From positions 64,001-128,000 of the forward strand of contig CAVVJT010000004.1 in the NCBI GenBank assembly GCA_963748625.1: a DNA stretch of 64,000 nucleotides. The letters run 5' to 3'. Below the pieces are notes generated by a model that worked only from the letters and a program-made list of their open reading frames with translations, had not been told where the DNA came from and searched no databases. Shown piece by piece: positions 27,500-39,642 of this stretch (its first letter is position 1; the number at the start of each line of letters is the position of its first letter). A program made the position numbers and the translations under genes. Source of the stretch: an uncultured Chloroflexia bacterium (GTDB lineage Bacteria; Chloroflexota; Limnocylindria; Limnocylindrales; CSP1-4).

Positions 27500-27780
27500 T
27501 GTCCCGGATCTCCAGACTGCGATCCGAGGGTGGCCAGGATCGCGACGATCCCGATGCCCACCCAGGCCATCACCGAGGCCGGGATGAGCGGGTAGTCGCC
27601 GATGGCCAGGAACGTCAGCCCCAGCCTGGCGCCGATCGCGGCGCCAGCCCATGCCCCCAGCGCCGCCGCGATGTACATCAGCGGCAGGCGCGACCCACCG
27701 TCCCCGCGGATCAGCACGTAGACCGAGGTGTAGATGAGCCCCAGGAGCAGCGAGAGCGGGAGGGCCGGCCCAATGGTCAT
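27496..27780 (-). CDS. Small integral membrane protein (about 3 TM)
   Basis: [26 protein letters not shown]...; ATGA overlap with the mnmA stop. Confidence 0.75.
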   Translation of the reverse strand: MTIGPALPLSLLLGLIYTSVYVLIRGDGGSRLPLMYIAAALGAWAGAAIGARLGLTFLAIGDYPLIPASVMAWVGIGIVAILATLGSQSGDPGQ

Positions 27781-28997
27781 GCGGACGCTCCCGCGAGCGG
27801 GGTGTCGGCCGCGACCAGGGTGTCGGCCGCGAACCGGCGATCGCCCGGGGGCACGGTCCCGGGACCCGCCAGGGAGGGTTCGATCCGGCCTCCGCCGAGG
27901 CACACGTCCCCGTCGTATAGCACGCACGCCTGGCCCGGCGCGATGGCCCACACGGGTCGCGTCGTCGTCACGCTCCAGCGGCCGCCGCGGGCCTGCTCTG
28001 CCGCGGTTGCCGGCCGCACCTCGGCCTCCACGAGCTCCGCCCGGTGGCGGATCCTGACCTGGGCGGTGAACGGCAGCCAGGCTCCGTCAGCGGCGCGGCC
28101 CGCGGGCGGCGTGTCCGCCAGGAACGAGACCCCTTCGAGCGGGATCACGGTGGTCTCCAGGTCCTCGCGTCGGCCGAGCACGATCGCATTGGTCGCCGGG
28201 TCGATCCGCGACACGTAGCGCGGCTCGCCGGTCGCGACGCCCAGGCCCTTGCGCTGGCCGACCGTGAAGCCTGCTGTGCCGTCATGTGTGCCCACGCGAG
28301 TCCCGTCACTGTCCACCACAGGCCCCGGAACAGGCTGCCAGCCACCCCGGTCGCGCAGCTCCGCACGGTAGTCGCCGCCAGGCACGAAGCAGATCTCCTG
28401 GCTCTCGGGCTTCTCCGCGGTCACGAGGCCCAGACCTCGTGCGATCTCGCGCACCTGCGGCTTGCGCAGGTCGCCCAGCGGGAAGCGGCTGTGCCACAAC
28501 TGGTCCTGGCGCAGGCCATACAGGAAGTAGGTCTGGTCCTTCGCCTCGTCGGCGGCACGGGCGAGGACGGCTCGGGGACCGTCCCCGGTCTGGACCTCGA
28601 GCCGCCGCGCGTAGTGACCGGTCGCCACGGCGTCACACTCGTACAGTTGGCGGGCCTGGCCCAGCAGTGCCCCGAACTTCACGACGGTGTTGCAGTCGAT
28701 GCAGGGACTGGGTGTCCGTCCGTCAAGGTAGGCGGCAAGGAACGGCTCGATGACGCCCGCCCCGAACTCGCGTTCCAGGTTCATCACGTAGAAGGGGATC
28801 CCAAGGCGGGCGGCGACACGACGCGCGTCGTCGGCGGCATCGGCCGAGCAGCAGGACTTGCGGAACTCCGAGTAGCTGTCGGCGGCCTCATGGAGGCGCA
28901 TCCACACGCCCACCACCTCGTGGCCCTGCTCGTGCAGCAGTGCCGCAGCGACGGAGCTGTCCACGCCGCCGGACATCGCGACGAGGATCCGGCTCAT
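27777..28997 (-). CDS. mnmA: tRNA 2-thiouridylase MnmA
   Basis: [55 protein letters not shown]. Confidence 0.96.
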   Translation of the reverse strand: MSRILVAMSGGVDSSVAAALLHEQGHEVVGVWMRLHEAADSYSEFRKSCCSADAADDARRVAARLGIPFYVMNLEREFGAGVIEPFLAAYLDGRTPSPCIDCNTVVKFGALLGQARQLYECDAVATGHYARRLEVQTGDGPRAVLARAADEAKDQTYFLYGLRQDQLWHSRFPLGDLRKPQVREIARGLGLVTAEKPESQEICFVPGGDYRAELRDRGGWQPVPGPVVDSDGTRVGTHDGTAGFTVGQRKGLGVATGEPRYVSRIDPATNAIVLGRREDLETTVIPLEGVSFLADTPPAGRAADGAWLPFTAQVRIRHRAELVEAEVRPATAAEQARGGRWSVTTTRPVWAIAPGQACVLYDGDVCLGGGRIEPSLAGPGTVPPGDRRFAADTLVAADTPLAGASA

Positions 28998-30178
28998 CCG
29001 GCGACAGCCTCGCGACCGGGGCCGGCCGTCCGGGCCGGAGCCACGGCGGCAAGCCGCCGGATCACCTGCGGCACGACCCGGCACGCCTCGTCGATCTCGG
29101 CCTCTGTGGTCGTCCGGCCGAGCGACAGCCGCACGGCACCGCGTGCCTCCTCCGCCGGGTAGCCCATCGCGCTGAGCACGTGGCTGACCTCGTCGGAGCC
29201 GCTCGTGCATGCGGATCCGGTGGAGGCGCCGACGCCCTCGAGATCGAGTGCCACCGTCACCGAGCCGCCATCAACACGCGGGACAAGGATCGAGAGGATG
29301 TGCGGCAGACGCTCCATCGGGTGCCCGGTGAGCTCCACGCCCTCGATCGCCAGAATGGCGGCGGCCAGGCGGTCGCGCAGCGCCAGGACGTGTGCCCGAG
29401 TGGCCTCCCGCTCGGCCGCGACCAGCTCGAAGGCGCGGGCCATGCCGACGGCACCCGCGACGTTCTCGGTTCCCGCGCGCCGGTGCCGCTCCTGGGAGCC
29501 GCCGTGCTGCTGCGCGAGGATGTGGGTCCCGCGACGGATCCAGAGGGCCCCGGTCCCCTTCGGCCCTTCCGCCTTGTGGGCACCGAGGGCGAGCAGGTCG
29601 ACCCCGAGTGCGTGCACGTCCAGATCCACCCACGGCGCACCCTGCACCGCGTCCACGTGGAACAGGATCCCGCGCCGGGCGCGAACGACGGTCGCGATGT
29701 CGGCGATGGGCTGGATGGTGCCCACCTCGTTGTTGGCGAGCATCACCGAGACCAGGATCGTGCGGTCCGTGAGCGCCTGCTCGATGTCGGCCGGGTCCAC
29801 GCGGCCGTACCGGTCCACGGGAACCTCGACGATCTCGAACCCGAACTTCTCGAGGTGCGAGAGGGTGTGTCCAACGCAGTGGTGCTCGACTGCGGAAGTC
29901 ACGATCCGGGCGCCGCGCGCACGTCCCGCCCAGGCAGCGCCCTTGAGCGCGAGGTTGCTCGCCTCGGTGCCGCCGCTGGTGAAGACCATCTCCCGCGCCT
30001 CTGCCCCGATCGAGCGGGCAAGACGGTCGTGCGCGTCGTCGAGCGCCTCGCGGGCCACCCGTCCGAAGGCGTGCGACGAGGACGGATTGCCGAAGGTGCC
30101 CCCGAGGTATGGGAGCATCGCCTCGAGCACTTCCGGCCTGAGGGGCGTCGTCGCGGCGTGGTCGAGGTAGATCGCCAT
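28994..30178 (-). CDS. iscS: Cysteine desulfurase (IscS/NifS type)
   Basis: [48 protein letters not shown]. Confidence 0.92.
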   Translation of the reverse strand: MAIYLDHAATTPLRPEVLEAMLPYLGGTFGNPSSSHAFGRVAREALDDAHDRLARSIGAEAREMVFTSGGTEASNLALKGAAWAGRARGARIVTSAVEHHCVGHTLSHLEKFGFEIVEVPVDRYGRVDPADIEQALTDRTILVSVMLANNEVGTIQPIADIATVVRARRGILFHVDAVQGAPWVDLDVHALGVDLLALGAHKAEGPKGTGALWIRRGTHILAQQHGGSQERHRRAGTENVAGAVGMARAFELVAAEREATRAHVLALRDRLAAAILAIEGVELTGHPMERLPHILSILVPRVDGGSVTVALDLEGVGASTGSACTSGSDEVSHVLSAMGYPAEEARGAVRLSLGRTTTEAEIDEACRVVPQVIRRLAAVAPARTAGPGREAVAG

Positions 30179-30305
30179 GGTCGGGGGATTGTACGCCGCG
30201 ACCACGACCACCCAGCCCGCACGAGGCCCGGGATGCACTTCGGTCCTACACTCCGGGTACAGACCGGTCCACCCCGCCACCCTCCACCGGAGGCACCTCC
30301 AGGCC

Positions 30306-32610
30306 ATGCGCAGGATCCTCGCCCTCGTCATCCCCGCGGTGCTGGTGCTGGGCCTCCTGCCGGCAGCCGCGGCCGCGGCCACCCAGACCGTGACAGGCAC
30401 CATCACCACCGAGGGCAAGATCGCCCTGTCGACCGACGCGATCGCCGTTGTCACCCTCGTCGACCAGCAGGCCTCGCCCGAGGCCGGGACGATCATCGGC
30501 CAGCAGCGGATCGAGTCCGTGCAGTTCCCGATCTCGTTCGGGGTCACCTACGACGATGCGCGCGTGGACCCGACGCACAGCTATGCGCTCTACGCGAGCG
30601 TGATCGACGGAGCGACGCGCTACCAGAACGCGGAGCCGGTGCCGGTGATCACCGGCGGGCCCACGCAGGACGTGACGGTGAACGTGACGCCGCTGTCGAC
30701 GTCCGGCAATGCGACGGTCGGCGGCGTGATCGTCCGTACGGACAAGTCCGCGCTGACGCCCGATGCGGTCGCCGTGGCGGCACTGGTGAACGCCACGACC
30801 GGCACGCTCGTCGCACGCCAGGTCCTCCCCTCCCCGACCGAGCCGATCACCTTCTCGATCCTGTTCAACCCGGCCGTCATCGATGACAGCGCGACGTACG
30901 TGGTGAGCGCGGCAATCGTGGACGGGTCGCGCTACTGGCAGGCACAGGAGCCGCAGCCGGCGATCGCCAATGGCGCCGTCATCCAGCCCATCGAGGTGTC
31001 GGTGACGCCTCTCAAGGCCCCGGCGCCCACGCCGGAGCCGACACCGGAGCCGACGCGGCGCCGAGCCGACGCCGGAGCCGACGCCCGAGCCGACGCCCGA
31101 ACCCACGCCAGAGCCGACGCCCGAACCCACGCCGGAGCCGACGCCAGAGCCGACCGCGGAGCCGACGCCGCCGCCCACGCCCACGCCGACGCCCACACCG
31201 ACGCCCGAGCCGACCGCGAAGCCCACGCCGTCGCCCACGTCGGAGCCGACGCCGTCGCCCACGCCCACGCCGGAGCCGATCGTCACCCCGACCCCGACCG
31301 CGTCGCCTTCGCCCACGCCCGCTCCGACGCCGACGGCCTCACCCTCGCCCACGCCGAGCCCCTCGCCTTCTCCGTCACCTTCTCCGTCGCCGACCCCCGC
31401 ACCGACCGCCGGCACCATCAGCGGAACGCTGACCTGGGCGGAGGACTTCGTGCCGTCGCAGGACGCCCGTGCCGTCGTGCTGCTGGTCGAAGGCACGAGC
31501 GGGCCGACGGCCGGGACCATCATCACGTCCACGTCGATGACGGATCCGGGTGACCAGCCGATCGCGTTCAAGCTGTCCTACCCGATGGCGGCAGTCACCG
31601 AGGGCACGCCGTATCGCCTGTATGCGGGCGTGACCGAGGGCGACCTTGCCTGGGTCACCCCGATCGGCGTGGCCGTCAGTGTCCCGCAGAACCCCGAGAT
31701 CACGGGCGTGGAGCTCCCGCTCCAGTACCGCCCGGACCTCCTGAAGGGCGCCGTCACCGGCACCATCAGCGGCGACGGTCTCGACGGGATCACGAACCCC
31801 GACGCCTACGGCACCGCGCTGGTCCTGCGGGTCGACACGGGCGAGACCATCGGCATCCAGATGATCTCGCCGTTCGACATGGCGCCCGCCGACTTCTCCG
31901 TCCCCTACGACCCGACGACGATCGACCCCGATGCCGACTACGTCGCCCGGGCCTCGGTCTGGGATGGCACAGGCATGTGGGTGGCGGACGGAGACATGCC
32001 GGTGATCACCAAGGGCAACCCGCAGTCAGGGGTCTCGCTCTCCGTCAGCGCGCCGCCAGTTCCCACGCCCACACCGGCACCGACCGCATCGCCCTCTGCC
32101 CAGCCCACCCCGACGCCCACGCCCGACCCGGACACGACGGGTGACACCGGGGGGTTCAGCTGGATCGCCCTGCTCGTCGTGGCCGCGCTTGCCGTGATCG
32201 GGATCGGCGCGGCGATGGCCTGGCAGAGGAGCAGGCAGGCGCCGGAGGATGGCAACCCGCAACCGGACCCGACGCCGGGCCCGGTACCGCCAATGGCTCC
32301 GATCGACGATGTCGCCGGCGTTGACGCCGAGTCCACCTTCGCGGAGCCGGCTGCGGCCGACGCCCCGGCCGACCCCCCGGTGGACGACCTCGACGCCGAC
32401 CTGCCGCCCGCAGAGGGACCCGCCGACCCTGATGCCGCTGCCACGGCCACGGCCGATGAGCCGGCCATCACCGATGCGGCAGTCGATGCCGATGCAGCGG
32501 CGGACGCCGTGCCCGGGGCGTCGGGTGAAGGGTTGGGCGACCTGGTCGCCGGTCCCGCCAGTACCGACACACCGTCTGCGGACAACGGCGAGGACGCCGG
32601 CAAGCGCTGA
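30306..32610 (+). CDS. Membrane-anchored surface protein with four YbaY/YscW-like domains; apparent frameshift near 31058
   Basis: Signal peptide; four repeats of VTGTI...DA.AVV.L...PI.F...Y...Y...A...DG; PT-rich linker; TM helix; acidic tail. ORF-track pieces 30177-31553 and 31450-32610 join with a +1 shift. Confidence 0.75.
31021..31410 (+). repeat. Coding Pro-Thr/Pro-Ser repeat (PTPE/PTPS linker)
   Basis: Repeated ccgacgccggag-like 12-mers. Confidence 0.85.
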
Positions 32611-32644
32611 GCCCGTTCCGTCGCCGACTCAAGGCCCTGCCGCA

Positions 32645-32722
32645 CCGCGTCAGGGCCTTCGCGTTCCTAGCCGCGTCAGGGCCTTCGCGTTCCTAGCCGC
32701 GTCAGGGTCTTCGCGTTCCTGG
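32645..32722. repeat. Tandem repeat, 3 x 26 bp (ccgcgtcagggccttcgcgttcctag)
   Basis: Two identical copies and a third with two mismatches, with no spacers. Confidence 0.9.
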
Positions 32723-33011
32723 CCCACGTTCGGACCTCGCGCGGGCTTGGGGCCCCCTGGCGGTGGAAGGCCAGCGGGTGCACGCCTGGCGTGCGAACCA
32801 GCGCGTGCCCTGTCGCTTCCGGTCGTCCAGCGAGCGAGATCGCGCCTCCCAGGCCCGTGGACCACCACGTTCGGCACGCTGGGAGAGCAGGAATCACAAG
32901 AGACCCGCGCGTTCGCCCGGTGAGCGGGCACTGGGCGTCGGACGCCGGGCGGCAGGTCGCCAGGGGCGGCGCGCGATGGTTGACCGTCCCGGCGCCGTGC
33001 TCGGCTTGAGG

Positions 33012-34937
33012 TCAGCTCCGCTCGACGCGCGACAGGTCGTAGGCGCGACCGCGCTCGCGCTCGCGCTCGTGCTTGAGCAGCAGCCGCTTGCGCAGGCGGA
33101 TCGCCGTTGGCGTCACCTCGACCAGCTCGTCAGCGCCGATGAACTCGATCGCGCTCTCAAGGGTCAGCGGACGCGGCGGCGTGAGGCGCAGGGCCTCGTC
33201 GTGCGAGTGCGTGCGGATGTTGGTGAGCTTCTTCTCCTTGGTCGCGTTGACGTCCATGTCGCCTGACCGGGAGTTCTCGCCGACGATCATCCCCTCGTAG
33301 ACGTCCACGCCCGAGCCGATGAACAGCTCCGCGCGGTCCTGGAGATTGAACAGCCCGTAGGCGTTCGATGTGCCCGTACGGTCGCTGACCAGCACCCCGT
33401 TCGTGCGGTGGGTGACCTCGCCGGCCCACGGCCCGTAGCCCTCGCCGATCTGGTGCAGCAGCGCCGTCCCGCGCGTGTCGGTCAGCAGCTGGCCGCGATA
33501 GCCGATGAGGCCGCGGACCGGAAGGACGAACTCCAGGCGCACCCGGCCGTCGGCATCGGTCGTCATCTGCTCCAGGCGGCCCTTGCGGCCGGCCAGCGCC
33601 TGCTGGACCACGCCGATGTAGTCGGGCGGGATGTCGATCGTGACGCGCTCGTAGGGCTCGTGGATCTCGCCCTGGACCTCGTGGAGGATGACCTCTGGGC
33701 GGCTGACCGTGAGCTCGTAGCCCTCGCGGCGCATCTGCTCGATGAGGACTGCCAGCTGCAGCTCGCCGCGACCCCGGACCTCGAACGTGTCGCCGGAGTC
33801 CGTCGCATAGACCTCGATGGAGACGTTGCCCAGGATCTCGCGGTCCAGGCGCGCCTTGATCTGGCGCGACGTGACGTACTTGCCGTCGCGGCCGCCCAAG
33901 GGCGACGTGTTGACGCCGAACGTCATGCTCAGGGTGGGTTCGTCGACGTCCAGGCGGGGTAGCGGGCGGGGGTCGCCGGGCTCGGTGAGCGTGTCCCCGA
34001 TGGTGACCTCCGGCAGGCCGGCCACCGACACGATCTCGCCGGGTCCCGCCTCGGGGACATCCACCCGCTCCATGCCCCGCGCGGTCTGAAGGCTGGTGAC
34101 ACTGCCGCTGAGCGTGAGCAGGCGCCCGGGGACGACGGAGCCGTCGGCGTCCTCCTCCTCCACGCGGACCACGGCGATGCGCTGGCCGACACGGATGGTG
34201 CCGTTGCTGATGCGCCCGACCGCCATACGGCCGACGTACTCGTTTGCCGAGAGGTTGGTCACCAGGAGCTGGAGTGGGTGGCCCTCCTCATAGACCGGCG
34301 GGGGCGTGACCTCCACGAGCAGGTCGAGCAGGGGCCCGAGGTCCGTGCCCGGCTGGTCGAGGTCGCGGGTTGCGGTCCCGAGCTTGGCATTCGTGTAGAC
34401 GACCGGGAAGTCGATCTGGTGCTCGTCGGCGCCGAGGTCCATGAACAGCTCGTAGACGTCGTCGAGGACCTCGACGGGGCGCGCGTCGGAACGGTCGATC
34501 TTGTTGAGCGCCACCACGACCGGCAGCCTGCGGGCCATCGCCTTCTGGAGCACGTAGCGCGTCTGCGGGAGCGGGCCCTCGGCCGCGTCCACCAGCAGCA
34601 GGACGCTGTCCACCATCATCAGCCCGCGCTCGACCTCGCCGCCGAAGTCCGCGTGGCCCGGCGTGTCCACGATGGAAAGGCGGATGCCGCCGTGCTCGAT
34701 CGTCGTCTGCTTGGCGAGGATCGTGATGCCCTTCTCGCGCTCCAGGTCGCCCGAGTCCATGATCCGGTCCACGACCGCCTCGTTGGCGCGGAAGACGCCC
34801 GTCTGGCGGAGCATCGCGTCCACGAGGGTGGTCTTGCCGTGATCGACGTGGGCGACGATCGCGACGTTGCGCAGGTCGGCTCGGACATGGGTTTCGGGAG
34901 CGGTGGAAGGCACGGCAGTGCCGGGGGTGTCAGTCAT
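33012..34937 (-). CDS. typA: Translational GTPase TypA/BipA
   Basis: [67 protein letters not shown]. Confidence 0.96.
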   Translation of the reverse strand: MTDTPGTAVPSTAPETHVRADLRNVAIVAHVDHGKTTLVDAMLRQTGVFRANEAVVDRIMDSGDLEREKGITILAKQTTIEHGGIRLSIVDTPGHADFGGEVERGLMMVDSVLLLVDAAEGPLPQTRYVLQKAMARRLPVVVALNKIDRSDARPVEVLDDVYELFMDLGADEHQIDFPVVYTNAKLGTATRDLDQPGTDLGPLLDLLVEVTPPPVYEEGHPLQLLVTNLSANEYVGRMAVGRISNGTIRVGQRIAVVRVEEEDADGSVVPGRLLTLSGSVTSLQTARGMERVDVPEAGPGEIVSVAGLPEVTIGDTLTEPGDPRPLPRLDVDEPTLSMTFGVNTSPLGGRDGKYVTSRQIKARLDREILGNVSIEVYATDSGDTFEVRGRGELQLAVLIEQMRREGYELTVSRPEVILHEVQGEIHEPYERVTIDIPPDYIGVVQQALAGRKGRLEQMTTDADGRVRLEFVLPVRGLIGYRGQLLTDTRGTALLHQIGEGYGPWAGEVTHRTNGVLVSDRTGTSNAYGLFNLQDRAELFIGSGVDVYEGMIVGENSRSGDMDVNATKEKKLTNIRTHSHDEALRLTPPRPLTLESAIEFIGADELVEVTPTAIRLRKRLLLKHERERERGRAYDLSRVERS

Positions 34938-34995
34938 GGGCCCAGAAAGTGTCGCACATGCGCGCCCATTGGGCCGTCGTGGGGTCTCGATGCCG

Positions 34996-35040
34996 TCGTG
35001 CCGGACCATCGTGCCGGACCATCGTGCCGGGTCATCGTGT
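34996..35040. repeat. Tandem 13-bp repeat (tcgtgccggacca) x ~3 upstream of typA
   Basis: tcgtgccggacca-tcgtgccggacca-tcgtgccgggtca-tcgtg. Confidence 0.75.
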
Positions 35041-35101
35041 CCCTCGGGCCGTCGGGTGTCGTGGCGGGTCGGGCCGTAGCCGCGGGGACCGCCCACGACC
35101 G

Positions 35102-35824
35102 TCAGGCCGGCGCGGGCTCCCGGAGCAGGTCGCCGTCGAGCAGCTCCACCGTCCGGTCGGCAACCTCGAGCATCACGGGGTCGTGGGTGGCCACGATCGC
35201 CGTGACGCCTTCCGCCCTGACGACCGTCCGCAACAACAGCATGATCCGCCGCCCGGTCTCCGAGTCCAGCTGGCCCGTGGGCTCGTCAGCGAGCAGGAGT
35301 CGCGGGCGATTCGCGAGCGCACGTGCGATCGCGACCCGCTGCTGCTCGCCCCCCGAGAGCTCGTGTGGACGATGGCCCGCCCGTGTGTCCAGGCCCACCA
35401 GCTGCAGCACCTCCGCCACACGTCGATCGCGCTCGGCAGGATCCGCACCAACCAGCCGCAGGGGAACCTCGACGTTCTCTGCGGCCGACAGGATCGGCAC
35501 CAGCCCGAACGTCTGGAAGACGAAGGCGATCGTGCGCCGGCGGACGTCGGCCGACGCCCGTTCGTCAAGCGCCGAGACCTCGATCCCGTCCACGTGCACG
35601 CTGCCTGATGTCGGCCGGTCGAGGCCACCCAGGAGGTTGAGGAGGGTTGTCTTCCCGCTGCCGGAGCGCCCGCGCACCGCGAGCAGCTCACCCCGGGCCA
35701 CCCGCAGCGAGACGCCCCGGAGCGCGTGGACCACGGTGCCGCCCGTGGCGTAGTCCTTCCCGACCGCGTCCGCGATGACCATCGCGTCGGATCCCGGCTC
35801 GGGGCGGCGATAGCGTTCGGTCAT
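35102..35824 (-). CDS. ABC transporter ATP-binding protein (LolD/MacB family)
   Basis: GRSGSGKTT, LSGGEQQRVAIARA, ADEPTGQLD, ATHD. Confidence 0.93.
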   Translation of the reverse strand: MTERYRRPEPGSDAMVIADAVGKDYATGGTVVHALRGVSLRVARGELLAVRGRSGSGKTTLLNLLGGLDRPTSGSVHVDGIEVSALDERASADVRRRTIAFVFQTFGLVPILSAAENVEVPLRLVGADPAERDRRVAEVLQLVGLDTRAGHRPHELSGGEQQRVAIARALANRPRLLLADEPTGQLDSETGRRIMLLLRTVVRAEGVTAIVATHDPVMLEVADRTVELLDGDLLREPAPA

Positions 35825-36879
35825 CGCCCGTCCTCCTCGCCAGCCGGCCGGGCATCGCCCGGCGTGGGTTCCTCGCCAGCCGGGCCCGGCCGCTCCAGGT
35901 CCGGCCACACGCCCACGTGGTCCTCCTCGAGGCGGAGCCGCACCCGGCTGCGAAGCTCGAGCGACTCGACGTGGCTGCGGGGCAGCTGCAGGCGACCGGC
36001 ACGATCCAGGACGGCGTACTCCTCGCTGATGACCCGGTCGTGGCCCTCCTCCGTCTGCTCGGTACGCCGCAGCGTCTCGGTGCTGGTGCGACCGTCCCGG
36101 ATGGCGACCGTCCGGCCGACCTGCTCGGAGACGAATGCGTCGTGCGTGACGATCACGATCGTCGTGCCCATCTCGGCGTTGACGCGCCGCAGCAGGCCGA
36201 AGACATCGGCGGAGGTGGCGCTGTCAAGCTCTCCTGTCGGCTCATCGGCGAGGATCACCGCCGGGTCGTTGGCCAGGGCGATCGCGATGGCCACGCGCTG
36301 CTGCTCACCGCCCGAGAGCCGGTCGGGCCGGTGGCTGGCGCGGTCACCGAGCCCAACGAGGTCGAGGAGCTCTCGTGCCCGTGCAGTTCGTGCCTTGCGG
36401 CCATCGAGCAGCATCGGCAGCTCCACGTTCTCCGCCGCCGACAGGTAGGGCAGCAGGTTCCGCCCGGTCTGCTGCCAGACGAACCCGACGGTGCGACGGC
36501 GGAACCGCGTCCGCTCCGAGCCGCCCATCCGCCCCAGGTCGTAGCCGGCCACCACGGCGCGCCCTGCCGACGGGACGTCCATGCCTCCCAGGATCGAGAG
36601 CAACGTCGACTTCCCGCTCCCGGACGCGCCCACGATCGCGATCATCTCGCCTCCCTCGACGAGCAGGTCGAGTCCCTGGAGCGCGACGACCTCGAGCTCG
36701 GCAAGCTTGAAGATGCGGACCAGACCGTCGCAGACGATGACGGCGCCCTCGCCGTACCGCACCCGGGGCGGCTGGGCCAGCGAGGCGCCGGCCAGGGGAT
36801 CGCGGCGCCCCGTGGCGGACCCGGCGGTCCCGGCGGACGGCAGCTGGGCGGAGTCGGGCGCGGCAGGCAGGATCGGCAT
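35821..36879 (-). CDS. ABC transporter ATP-binding protein with C-terminal extension; in frame with the upstream permease in this sequence
   Basis: GASGSGKST, LSGGEQQRVAIA, ADEPTGELD, VTHD, tail EEYAVLDRAGRLQLP; own ATG at 36879. Confidence 0.85.
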   Translation of the reverse strand: MPILPAAPDSAQLPSAGTAGSATGRRDPLAGASLAQPPRVRYGEGAVIVCDGLVRIFKLAELEVVALQGLDLLVEGGEMIAIVGASGSGKSTLLSILGGMDVPSAGRAVVAGYDLGRMGGSERTRFRRRTVGFVWQQTGRNLLPYLSAAENVELPMLLDGRKARTARARELLDLVGLGDRASHRPDRLSGGEQQRVAIAIALANDPAVILADEPTGELDSATSADVFGLLRRVNAEMGTTIVIVTHDAFVSEQVGRTVAIRDGRTSTETLRRTEQTEEGHDRVISEEYAVLDRAGRLQLPRSHVESLELRSRVRLRLEEDHVGVWPDLERPGPAGEEPTPGDARPAGEEDGR

Positions 36880-39642
36880 CACTCGAAATCTTCCTCGAAG
36901 CACGGACGTTGGCGCAACCCGGCGCACGAGCAGGGATCCGACGGAGATCCCGAGGAGCACGACGCCGGCAAGAACCCCGAGCACGGCCAGCGCGGCGCGT
37001 GGGTCGAGCACGACGGGAACTTCGACCCGGACCCCGACGAGGGCGTCAAGGCCCAGCGCCGGCCTGACGACGGCGAACAGGCCCAACCCGAGCATGACCC
37101 CGGCCACGAAGGCGAGCAGGGTCGTCGGTCCGTGCTCAGCCGCTGTCAGGAGGAACACCTGGCGCGACGTCAGGCCGAGCGTCCGCAGGTGGGCCACCTC
37201 GACCACGCGTGCCAGCGCAGCCAGCGCCAGTGCCGCGGCCACCCCGAGCGCCGCATAGAGGGCGGTGACCGCGGCCGCAGCGATGATCACTCCGCGGATC
37301 GCCTCGGTCACGGGCGCGCTCCGGCGGGCCTCGGCATCCTCTGCCTGGCTGGTGACGGCGACCACCGGCGACACCGCGGCCACGGCCGCCCGGATCGCCG
37401 ACGCGGCCTCCGCGGTTGCCGGAGCGCGCAGGACGACCCCGGTGGGCACGAGGCGCGCCGCCGGGGCCTGGGCTGCCACCCACTCGCGGGGAACCACCAC
37501 GAAGGGTCGGCCTTCCGGCAGGCCGGGCCAGGAATCCGCCACGGCCGCCGCGAGATACGTGAGCGTGTATCCCTGCACGCTCATCTCGAACGTCTCCCCC
37601 GCCTGCACGCCGCGCGGGTTGGCGACGAGGTCCTGCGACACCACCGCTGGGATGGGACCCGCCCCAGGCGTCGTGGCGCCTGCCGGCCACGAAGGGGCGA
37701 TGGGCGTGCCGTCCAGCACCTGCTCAAGGGCCGCCGCCCCCACGGCCGCATACATCGTCTGCAGCCCGCTCGGCGCGATCGGGATCAGCGCACGGAACTC
37801 GGAGGCAGCGGCTTCCACGCCCGGCAGCCGCTCCGGGTCGAGCCCGTTCGGCAGGGCTCCGTCGGGGACACCGAGGCGGTAGGCGCCGCCGGTCTTGTGC
37901 CAGGCCGCGAGCTCGGCGCCCCGGTCAAGGCTGTCGAGCGCCACCAGCGCGAACGTCCCCACCGTGGACGTGGCGAGGAGCACAAGCAGGATCGCCGTCC
38001 CAATGCCCCCCTCGGTGCCGCGACGTGCGGCAAGCAGCGGCACGAGGCCACGGCGGCGCCTGGCCAGCGAGGCCGCAGCGCGCATCACGGCTGGGACGAC
38101 ACGCAGGACGATGAGGCCCGCCGCCACGCCCACCAGCGCCGGGACGGCGGCAAGGAGCGGATCCACACCCGTCCCTGGCGCCGACAAGGCAGCCGAGCCC
38201 AGGCCACGCTCGCGCAGCAGGAACGCGCCACCCACCGCAAGGCCCACGACGAGCGCCTCGCCCACCAGGCGGCGCGGCCCGCTCCGCCGTCCGGACCGCT
38301 CGCCTGCCCGGCGCTCCGGACCCAAGGCCCGGGCGACCGGGACGACGGTCCCCACGATCACCAGCACGGCGGCAACCGCCACGGCGCCCGCTGCAAGGAT
38401 CGTCGCCTGTGTCTGCCCGGCCGGCACGACGACGGCCGCCGCGACGGCGGCGAGCGCTGCCGCCGGTACGGCCAGCAGGACCCCCTCCAAGGCCGATGGC
38501 ACGAGCACCTGCGCCACCGCGCCGCCGCGGCTGCGCACCAGCGCCATCGTGGATCGGCGGCGACGCCCGGCGAGGCTGGCAATCAGGACCATTGTGGCGA
38601 GGGCGACCAGGGCCGGACCGACAACGACGACGGCGATGACCGACCCTGCCGCGGTCCATGCGGCCTGGTGCGCCTCGAGGAGCGCGAGCATCCCCGTCCG
38701 CATGGCCGTCTCCCGGCCGGCTCCCACGTTGGCCGACGGGTACTGCACCGCGAGGGCCCGGAATGCCCGCAGCAGGTCGGGCGCCGAGCGCGCCGTCACC
38801 TGGCCCGCATCCACCCCATAGCGCCACTGGAGGCGCAACGGACGATGGTTGGCGTCGTTGATGTCCGCCAGCTCGCCGTAGGCCGCCGCATCGAGGATCG
38901 CCACCGCGTCGAGCAGCTGGAGCTCGGACGAGAGCGCCCGGATCACCGGCCGGATCGGCAGAGGGTCGTCGCGCCAGTACTCCGAGCCCGGATCGGGGAC
39001 CTCGTAGATGCCGGTGATCTCCGCAAACGCGTGGACGGCCAGCTGCGAACGTCCGAACAGCGGGTCGCCGGGATCACCGCTCAGCGGCACCGCCTGGCCG
39101 AGCTCGAGGTCGAACCGGTCCGCCGTCGCCCGCGAGATGGCCACCTGGTAGACCGGGACGTCATCCTCCTTCTCCGGCCCGACCCCGTCGCGCCGGACAA
39201 CCTCCGATGTGGGTGGCCTGCCTTCCACGTAGGTGATGTGCGCATCGATCCCCTCCTGCACCCGCATGCGGAGGAACGCGGGGTCGGTGGTCCTCGTGTC
39301 CACCCGGTAGCGGGCGCTGTCCACGACGATGTACCCGTCGTCCACGATCCGCTCGATGCGCCGCGGGAACGTCGCCCGCAGGTCATCGCCCGCGGCGCGC
39401 ACCTCCGCGAGCGGGTCGTCCTGCGGTCCGGGTCGGGTGACCTGGTGCTCGATGAGCACGATGGCCCGCTCCGACGCCGTGGCAGCCGCAACCTGGGCCT
39501 GGACCGCCTCGTCGCCGAGCGCGGCCAGGATCCGTGGGGCGAGCGCCGCAGCGAACGCCGTCACCAGCACGAGGACGAGGACTCCCACCGTCGGCGCGAG
39601 GTCGTCGCGGAGCCGGAGCAGGGCCATCAGGGTCCAGCGCAT
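36879..39642 (-). CDS. Large FtsX/MacB-like ABC permease; apparent fusion to the ATPase probably caused by a 1-bp insertion
   Basis: N-terminal TM, large extracytoplasmic loops, RRSTMALVRSRGG and EVAHLRTLGL FtsX-type motifs; ATG 39642 overlaps the previous TGA. Confidence 0.8.

Noticed and set aside
32645-32722. Possible CRISPR array (also considered at 27071-27232 and 31021-31410)
   Set aside because: No unique spacers of regular length and no cas genes; the 31-kb repeat is a coding PT linker.
922-36890. Programmed frameshifting as a common explanation for the five indels
   Set aside because: The sites share no slippery motif and affect unrelated genes, including housekeeping ones; sequencing or assembly error is more parsimonious.
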